A stretch of DNA of 57,768 nucleotides from Thermoanaerobaculia bacterium (lineage in GTDB: Bacteria > Acidobacteriota > Thermoanaerobaculia > Multivoradales > UBA5704). A program made the position numbers and the translations under genes. The notes under the pieces were generated by a model. The model searched no databases. It saw only the letters and a list, made by a program, of their open reading frames with translations, and was not told where the DNA came from. This document shows, in pieces, positions 47,572-56,500 of the stretch. Positions within the stretch are counted from its first letter, which is position 1. Each line of letters starts with the position of its first letter. The stretch spans positions 1-57,768 of the forward strand of contig JBGAGQ010000039.1 of assembly GCA_044226625.1 (NCBI GenBank), given 5' to 3'.

Positions 47572-50500
47572 GGCTCGCTCACCTCGCCGACGATCGCCGG
47601 CGTCGTTTCATCAGCGTCTCCCCCTTCGCCGCGGACTCGCCGCCGCTCCAGCCGCTCGCGCACCCCTTCGTCGGGCAGGCTCTCGACGCTCAGGTAGAGG
47701 CTCGCGATCTTGCGGGCGCGGCCGGGACGGCCCTCACGGCTTTCGACCAACCGGGCAAGGCTTTCGACCGTCGTTCCGCCGAAGAAATCGCGTAGCGGCA
47801 GCTCGATCCGGAACACCTTCGAGATCCGCGAAACGATGCGCGTGGCGAGCAGCGAGTGGCCTCCGAGGTCGAAGAAGTCCTCGTCGATGCCCACCTTTTC
47901 GAGGCCGAGCACCTCGGCCCAGAGACCCGCGAGGACCTCCTCGACGGGATCGCGTGGTTGCGAGAACGCGCGGTCGTCGCGCAGACTCTCGGGCTCCGGC
48001 AGCGCGCGGCGATCGATCTTGCCGCTCGGGCTCTTCGGCCATCGCGCGACCGAAACGAACGCGGCGGGCACCATGTGCTCCGGAAGCCGTCCGAGAAGGA
48101 ACCGGCGAAGGTCTCCGATCGGCTTCGCCTCGGTCGCCCCGCTCTGTTGGATCGCGTCGATCCCGTTCGCTTCGGGCTCGACCGTGACCGGCCGGTACCA
48201 GGCGGTCAGGCGCCGACCGACGCCGGGGGTCTCGCGCGCCAGGACGATCGCCTCGGCGACCTGCGGATGGGCCGCGAGCGCCGCCTCGATCTCGCCCGGC
48301 TCGATCCGGAAGCCGCGGATCTTTACCTGCCCGTCGAGCCGTCCCAGGTAGTCGAACGAACCGTCGCCGCGCCGGAACACCCGGTCGCCGGTCCGGTAGA
48401 GCCGAGCCCCCGGCTCTCCCCAGGGATCCGGGCGGAAGCGCTCCGCGGTCAGGTCCGGCCGAGAGAAATAGCCGCGCGCGAGCAGGCCGCCGATCGCGAG
48501 CTCGCCCTGACCGCCGAGCGGCACCAGGTCGCCCTTCGAATCGACCGTGTAGGCCGTTCGCCGAGGCAGCGGCCGGCCGATCGAGACGTGGCCCGAGCCC
48601 GGCAGCGGCCCGACGGCCAAAGGATGTGCGGTCGCCGCGACCACCCCCTCGGTCGGCCCGTAGGCGTTCCAGGCCGACAAGGGAGCCGGCGAAGCCGCGA
48701 GCCGCGCGCGGAATCGCGCCGCCGCCTGGACCGTCATCGCCTCGCCGCCGGCATAGAGCATCCGCAACCGGGAAGGAAGCGGCTCGATCGACTCGGTCCA
48801 TTCCGCCCAAAGCGGCGTGGGAAGCGTCGCGCAGGTGATCCGCAGCCGATCGAGCCACGACGAAAGCTCGAGGGGCCGCGGCGGCTCCGGGCCGCGGACG
48901 ACGAGCGTCGCCCCCGCTGCGAGCGCCATGCCGACCTGATCGACCGCGAGATCAAAGCTCATCGCGCCGAGCAGCACCACGCGGTCGTCGGGACCCAGGC
49001 GGTAGAAGTCCGCCGCCGAGATGAAGTGGCCCGCGGCGTGGCGATGGCTCACCGCGACCCCTTTCGGCGTCCCGGTCGAGCCCGAGGTGTAGATCAGGTA
49101 GGCGAGGTTTTCCGGCAAGGGAGCGACCGGCTCGCCGTGCTCGGCGGGGCCGCCCTCCCCCGCGGGCAGGCCGGCGGAGTCGAGCAGTAAGACCGGCAGC
49201 TCGCCGAGCGCCACGGACTCGGGGATCGAGCCGGTCCGGGCGATCAGAACCGAGGCCCCGGATTCCCGCACCAGCAGCGCCCGCCGCGCCAAGGGAAGCT
49301 CGGGATCGATCGGCAGATAGCAAGCGCCCGCGCGCCAGATCGCGTACATCGCGAGCGCGCGATCGACCGACCAGTCGAGGGATACCGCGACCACGCGCTC
49401 CGGCCCGGCCCCAAGGGCGGCGAGCCGCCGCGCGATCGAGCTCGCCCGGAGGTCGACCTCGGCCCAAGTGAGCGCGCGACCCGTCTCGTGCTCCGATTCG
49501 AGCGCCGCCGCAGCCGGCCGCTCGCGCGCATGGCGGGCGAGGAGGGCGTCGAGCGTGCTCGGCGGAAGCCCTCGTTCCCCGTCGTTCCATTCGACGCTCA
49601 GCTGGTGGCGTTCGGCGAGGGTGAGGAGCGAAAGCGCGGCGAGGTCCGCCCCGGGGTCGGCGAGCGCCGCGGCGAGCAGCGCTTCGACCCGGCTCGCAAG
49701 TCGAGCCGCGGTTGCGGGATCGAAGAGCGCGGCCGAGTACTCGAGCCCTCCGGAAATGCCGGCCGGCGCATCGGAAAGCGCGAGCGTGAGGTCGAACTTC
49801 GCGGTGGTCCCGGTACCGGCCGCGCCGCCGGGCCAGGGGGCGACGGCGAGATCCGGCAGACCGGGGGCTTCGCTCTGCGGCTGGAGCGTGTAGAGGACCT
49901 GGACCAGCGGTGGCCTGGAAGGATCGCGCTCGGGCTTGAGCTCCTCGACCAGCTTCTCGAACGGCAGATCCTGATGGGCCGCCGCGTCGAGCACGCATTC
50001 GCGGGCGGCGGCGATCGCCGAGCGGAGGCTCGCGCCGGAAGCGAGGCCGCCGCGCAGCACCAGGGTGTTGGCGAAGAACCCGATCAGCCCTTCGACCTCC
50101 ACCCGCTCGCGATTCGCCACCGGCGATCCGACCAGCACCTCGTCTCGCCCGGCGAGACGGCAGAGCAGCGCCTGGAACACCGCGAGCCCGACCATGTAGA
50201 GCGTGGCGCTCTCGCGCCGCGCGAGAGCCCGCAGGTCGCGGGAGAGGTCGGAACCAAGGCGAACCGGGCGCGTACCGCCGCGGAAGCTCTGGTACGGCGG
50301 TCGCGGCCGGTCCGCGGGCAAGTCGAGCGCCGTCGGTACGCCCTCGAGCCGCCGCCGCCAGTATTCGACCTGCCTTTCGAGCACCTCGCCCGAGAGCCAC
50401 TCGCGCTGCCAGATCGCGAAGTCCGCGTATTGGATCGGCAGCTCCGGCAGCGGTGAAGGTCCGCGCTCGCGCGCCGCGCCGTAGAGGAGGGACAGCTCGC

Positions 50501-53500
50501 GCAGCAGGACGCCGCGCGACCAGGCGTCCGAAGCGACGTGGTGCTGGGTGAGCAGCCCGATGTTCGTCTCGGCTCCGAGCGCAAGGAGCGAGAAGCGCAC
50601 GACCGGGCCGGCCGCGAGGTTGAACGGCCGCATCGCCTCGGCCGCCGTGAGCCGCCGCGCCTCGGCTTCACGCATGGAATCGGGGAGCGCTCGAAGGTCG
50701 GCGAACGGCAAACCGCTTCGAGATTCCCCTCCGGCACCGACCGGCGCGATCCGTTCGATCGGCTCGCCGTCCACCTCGGGGAAGCGGGTGCGCAGCACCT
50801 CGTGTCGGCGGACGATCTCGCGCAGCGCTCCGGCGAGCGCGGCGACGTCGAGCGCGCCATCCAGGCGGAGCGCCAACGGCAAGTTGTAAGCGGAGCTGTC
50901 GGGTTCGAAGCGGTGAAGGAACCAGAGCCGCTGCTGGGCGAACGAGACCGGAGCGTCTCCCCCGAGATCCCCCCGCCGGCCGGCGACGATCGGCGGCGAC
51001 GACGAGGCGCCCGCGGAGCGCCGCGCCTCGATCTCGCGAGCGAGCCTCGCGATCGTCGGATGCTCGAAGACCGCGCGCACGGGGAGGTCGATGCCAAGCG
51101 CACCGCGCACCCGCGCGACCACCCGCGTCGCCAGGAGCGAGTGGCCGCCGAGCGCGAAGAAGTCGTCTTCGGCCGCGATTCCAGTCAACGGTGTCGGCAC
51201 AGTTGCCGCAGTCGGGACGGGGGCGCCGATTTCCGGCCGGCCGAGGACCTCGGACCAGATCGCTTCCAGGATCTGCTCCGTCGGAGTCCGTGGCGCCCGG
51301 CCCCCCGACGGCGAGGAGCGCGTCGGCTCCGGCAGAGCCGAGCGGTCGATCTTCCCGCTCGGGAGCCGCGGCATCTCCGGCAGCTCCATCCAGGCTGCGG
51401 GAAGCATCGTCTCCGGGAGCCGCTCCGCGAGGAACCTTTCGAGCTCTTCGCTCGCGGTGCTCGCGCCTTCCTTCGCCACCCAATAGGCGGCGAGCAGCGC
51501 CCCGTGCGGGCCGCTCCCGCGCAGCGCGACGGCCGCCTGCATCACCGCGGGATGGGTCGCGAGAACGGCCTCGATCTCGCCGACCTCGATCCGCACGCCG
51601 CGGACCTTCACCTGGCCGTCGATCCGGCCGAGGTACTCGATCTCGCCATCGGCGAGGAGCCGCGCGAGATCGCCGGTCCGGTAGGCGCGCGCTCCGGTCT
51701 CCCCGGTCGCCGCCGGAACGAAGCGCTCCGCGGTTAGGTCCGGCCGGTGGAGATACCCCGAGGCGAGGTGGATCCCGGAGATCCGCAGCTCCCCGGGGAC
51801 GCCGATCGGAGCGGGCTCTCCGCCCAGCTCACGGAGCGACTCTGCGATCGAGAGATGGACGCGCGACAGCGGCCGCCCGAGCGGCACGTTCGCCCGCTCC
51901 CCCCAACCCGACCGGAGCGCGGCGCTCGCTCCGACGCGTGGGAAGGAAGCGACGTCGATCGCCGCCTCGGTGGGGCCGTAGAGGTTCGCGAGCGCGGCGC
52001 CCGGAAGCAGCGCGGTCGCGCGCCGGACGGTCTCGACCGGCAGCGCCTCTCCCCCGGCGAACAGACGCTCGAGCGTCCGGCACGAGGCCACCTCCGGCTC
52101 TTCCAGGAATGCCTGGAGCATCGACGGGACGAGCTGCAGGACCGTCGCCGCATGCTCGATGACCGCGCCGACCAGATAGCCGCTGTCGCGATGTCCACCC
52201 GGCCGCGCGACGATCAGACGCGCGCCGCAGTGGAGCGGAAGGAAGATCTCCCAGATCGAGGCGTCGAACGCGAGCGGCGTCTTGTAGAGCACCCGATCGT
52301 CGGCGTCGAGCGGATGGTCGGTCGCCATCCAGACCACCCGGTTGACGATCGCCCGGTGCGGCACGACGACTCCCTTCGGCCGCCCCGTGGAACCGGAGGT
52401 GTAGATCACGTACGCCGGGGCCGACGCCGGCAGCGAATCGCCGCCCGCTCGATGCCCCTGCTCCGCCGCGAGGGTCGACAGGTCGATCCGGAGAGCGGCC
52501 AGGGGTGCCGATGCGGGCTCCTCGTCGTCCCCTCCTCTCCCTCCGAGCACAGCCCACACCTGCGCGTCCTCGAGCATGTATCGACGACGCTCGGCCGGAA
52601 GATCGGGATCGACTGGCACATAGGCCGCGCCCGCGGCCAAGATGCCGAGCAAGCCGACGACCTGATCGAGCGACCGGTCGATCGAGAGAGCGACCCGGTC
52701 ACCCGGCCGCACGCCGAGCCGACGGAGGCCCGCGGCGACGGCGCGCGCCCGGACGGCGAGCTCCGCGTAGCTGATGAGCCCCGCCGCCGATTCGATGGCC
52801 GGACGCTCCGGCGTCCGCTCCGCCTGCCGGAAGAAGAGATCGTGGAGCAGGAGCTCGCCGGCATCGGGGCCCGGCCGGTCGTTCCATTCGACCGCGAGCT
52901 GGTGGCGTTCGGCCGGCGCGAGCGCGTCGAGCTCCGCGATCGGCGTGGTCGGGCGCTCGAGCATCGCGGCGACCAGGCGCGGGATGCGCAACGCGAGCCG
53001 CGCCGTGGTCGCCGGATCGAAGAGGTGCCGGTCGTATTCGATCCCGCCGACCAGGCCGCCCGAGGCGCCGCTCCGCTCGGACAGGGTGAGCGAGAGATCG
53101 AACTTTCCGAGGGCGTCCCATGGGCGCCACATCGAGAGCGAGAGGCCTGGCAGCTCGGTGCCTTCGGGCGGCTCCTCGGCCGCGTTCTGGAGCGTGAAGC
53201 TCACCTGGAACAGCGGTGCGGTCGCGAGGTCGCGCGACGGCGCGAGCGCCTCGACGACCTTCTCGAACGGCATCTCCTGGTGTGCGAACGCATCGATCGC
53301 GACGGCGCGGGCCTGGCCGAGCAGCTCGCGCCAGGAGGGCGAAGCGCCGAGTTCGAGCCGGAGCACCAGGGTGTTCACGAAGAGGCCGATCAGCGGTTCG
53401 ACCTCCGCGCGATGGCGACCCGCGACGAACGTGCCGAGCGAGAGATCCGCTTGGCCGGTCCACCGAAGGAGCGACGCGAAGAACGCCGCGGCAAGCCCCA

Positions 53501-56500
53501 TGAACGACGTGGCTCCCGCGTCGCGGCACTCCGCCGCGAGCGCGCTCGCGAGCCGGGCTGGCAGATCCACCGGCCGGCGAGCCCCGGCGACCGGCCGCGC
53601 GGACCGCCGCGGCCGATCGGTCGGCAGGGCCATCGGCGGCGCTCCCGCCAACCGTTCGCGCCAGTACGAGATCTCCCGACTCGTTCGATCCCGGGTCAGG
53701 CGCTCGCGTTGCCAGAGCGCGAAGTCGGCGTATTGCAAGCCGGGAGCCGGTAGGTCCGGGCAACGCCCCGCGGCGAGCGCGGCATAGGCCGGCAGCATCT
53801 CGCGCACCAGAACACCGAGCGACCAGCCGTCCGCGGCGATGTGATGTAACCGCAAGAGCAGCGCGTGCTCGTTCGCGGCCAGCCGAACCAGCAACGCCGA
53901 GGCGACCGGTCCGCGGGCGAGATCGAAGCCGCGCCGCGCCTCGGTCGCGACGGCACGGCGCGCGAGGTCCTCGGCACGATCCGCAGAGACGCGCGACAGG
54001 TCGACGACCGCGAACGGGAACGGCGCCGGCGGGCCGATCCGCTGCACCGGCCGCCCGTCGACTTCGACGAACGTCGTGCGTAGGACGAGGTGACGTTCGG
54101 CAACCCGAGTCAGCGCGCCGCGCAACGCCCGCGCGTCGAGCGCCCCCGTCAACCGCAGCGCAAGCGGCATGTTGTAGGTGGGACTTCCCGGCATCAGACG
54201 ATCGAGGAACCAGAGCCGTTCCTGCGCGAACGAGAGCGGCGCTTCGGGCGATCGTTCCCCGGGGACCGCGATCCACGCGCTCCGGGCCGGAATCGGACGT
54301 TCGCGCACCCGTCCGGGCGGCGTCTCGTAACCGAGGCGCGCCGCGGTCTCCCAGGTCGGCTCTCCGAAGGCGGCGTCGTCCAGCTCGGACCGCCAGCGCT
54401 CGGCGACCCCCGCTTGCACACCACCGTGTCCCAGGAACTTGACGTCGCCCAACATCCGCGAGGCCGCGTGCGGTCCGTCGGTCATCCGCCGAGACGAGCG
54501 ATCCTCGTAGGGCGCCGCCATCGCGGGCTCGAACGGCAGCCCGAGGAATTCGCAAGCTTCAGCGAGCACCCGCTCCGGCTCGCGGACCAGCTCTTCGAAG
54601 ACCACCCGATGGTGCCGCTCCTCCGGAACGCCGCCCAGGAAATCCAGGATGTTGCGATGGCTCGCGGTCCAGATCAGCTCGGCCAGCTCGCGTCGGGCGA
54701 AGGAATGCGGGCGGCGGAAGAAAATCTGATCGAGCTTCGCCTCCTCGAACGAGCGGATCATCCCTCCGGGATGGCGGACCAGATGGAGATAGCGCGCGCC
54801 CTCGAACTCCTCCTCGGCGCGGCGGAGCACCCGGGGATCGAGGGCGTACGAAGGGGTCTTGTCGACCAGCATCCGCTCGCCCAGATCCCTGGCGAGCAGG
54901 CCGTAGAAGCGACGGGTCGAGAGGTCGCGCGCCTCGAAGCCGGCGACCAGCTCGCGCGCCTCTTCGACTGTCGCACCTCGGATCTCCATCACGGCGCGGA
55001 TCACCCCTTCGAGCCAGAAGCTGTCGCGTCCCGAGAACGCCGCGCGGCGCTCGCCGAGGGTTTGGAACGAAAGCAGCTCCAGCTCGGGCGGCGCGAACAG
55101 CGCCGGATGACCCGCGAGCATCACCCGCAGGAGCGTCGTGCCCGAACGCGGCGGCGAGAGGACGAACAGCACCGGCGGGTTCTTGGCCGCCTCGCGGTCC
55201 ACGGTCGACGGAGGGCCGAGCGGCCGGACGAGTGCCGCGAGCGCCGCGAGCTTCGACTTGTCGATCCCGGGCTCGATGGCTCCTCGACCGAAGGAATCGG
55301 AACCGCCCGCTCCTCGCGCGGCGAGGAGGCGCCGCGCCGCCCGCGGGTGCTCCGCCTCGACGTAGCGCGCGAGCGCCTCGATCGTGGGGTGGTCGAAGAT
55401 CACGACGACCTGAACGATCTCGCCCAGGTCCTGCTGCAGGCGGTTCACCAGCATCGCCCCACGGATCGAGTTGCCGCCCGACTCGAAAAAGTCGTCCTCG
55501 GCCCCGACGCTTTCCGAGGGCAACGCCAAAACCTCCGACCAGATCGCGGCGATCCACGACTCCAGCTCGTTCCGCGGTGCGATCCGCGCTCGCGCCGTCG
55601 ATGGCTCACGCTCCGGCGCCGGCAGGGCGCGACGGTCCACCTTGCCGTGCGACGTGAGAGGAAGCGACGGCAGCTCCACCAGCGCCGTCGGCACCATGTA
55701 GTCGGGCAGACGCGAGCCGAGATACGTACGCACCTCCGCGAGCGACGGCACCGACTCGCCCACCGCGTAGGCGACCAATCGCGCATCCTCGCCCTGCGAT
55801 TCGCCGCGCAGGACCACGACGCACTCGCGCACGCCCGGGTGTGATGCCACCGCCGCCTCGATCTCTCCCAGCTCGATCCGGAAGCCGCGCACCTTCACTT
55901 GGGTATCGATCCGACCGAGGTACTCGAGGTCGCCGTCCGGCAGCCGCCTTCCTAGGTCGCCCGAACGGTAGCGCCGCGCTCCCGGCACCGGGCTCCCGGG
56001 ATCGGGCACGAAACGCGCCGCCGTCAGGTCCGGACGGCCGAGATAGCCGATCGCTAGGCCCGCGCCTCCCACCAGGATCTCCCCCGCCACCCCCAACGGC
56101 GCGGGGTCCACCCCGTTCCAGAGGTCGACCGCCTGCGCCGAGAGGTCCGGAATCGCGCGACCGATGACGCTCCCCCGCGCCGTGTCCGCCGAGCGGATCG
56201 GCCGGTACGTCACGTGCACCGTCGTCTCGGTGATGCCGTACATGTTCACCAGCGTCGGTTGGCGGTCGCCGTGACGCGCGAACCAAGGGCGCAGGCTCGA
56301 CAGCTCCAACGCCTCGCCGCCGAACACCACCGTCCGGAGCGCCAGATCCGAAGCTGCCGCTGGGCCTTCGATCGCCTGGAAAGCGCGGAACGCCGACGGC
56401 GTCTGGTTCAGCACCGTCACCCGTTCCTCGGCGAGCAGACGCAGCAGCTCCGACGGGGTCCTGCTCACCCAATACGGCACGATCGTGAGCCGCCCACCGA

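Noticed and set aside
54325-55185. Monobactam (sulfazecin-type) or terminal-olefin (CurM/Ols) pathway as the explanation for the ST
   Set aside because: Both require a terminal TE; here the ST is mid-line, followed by a C domain, and no TE is in the window.
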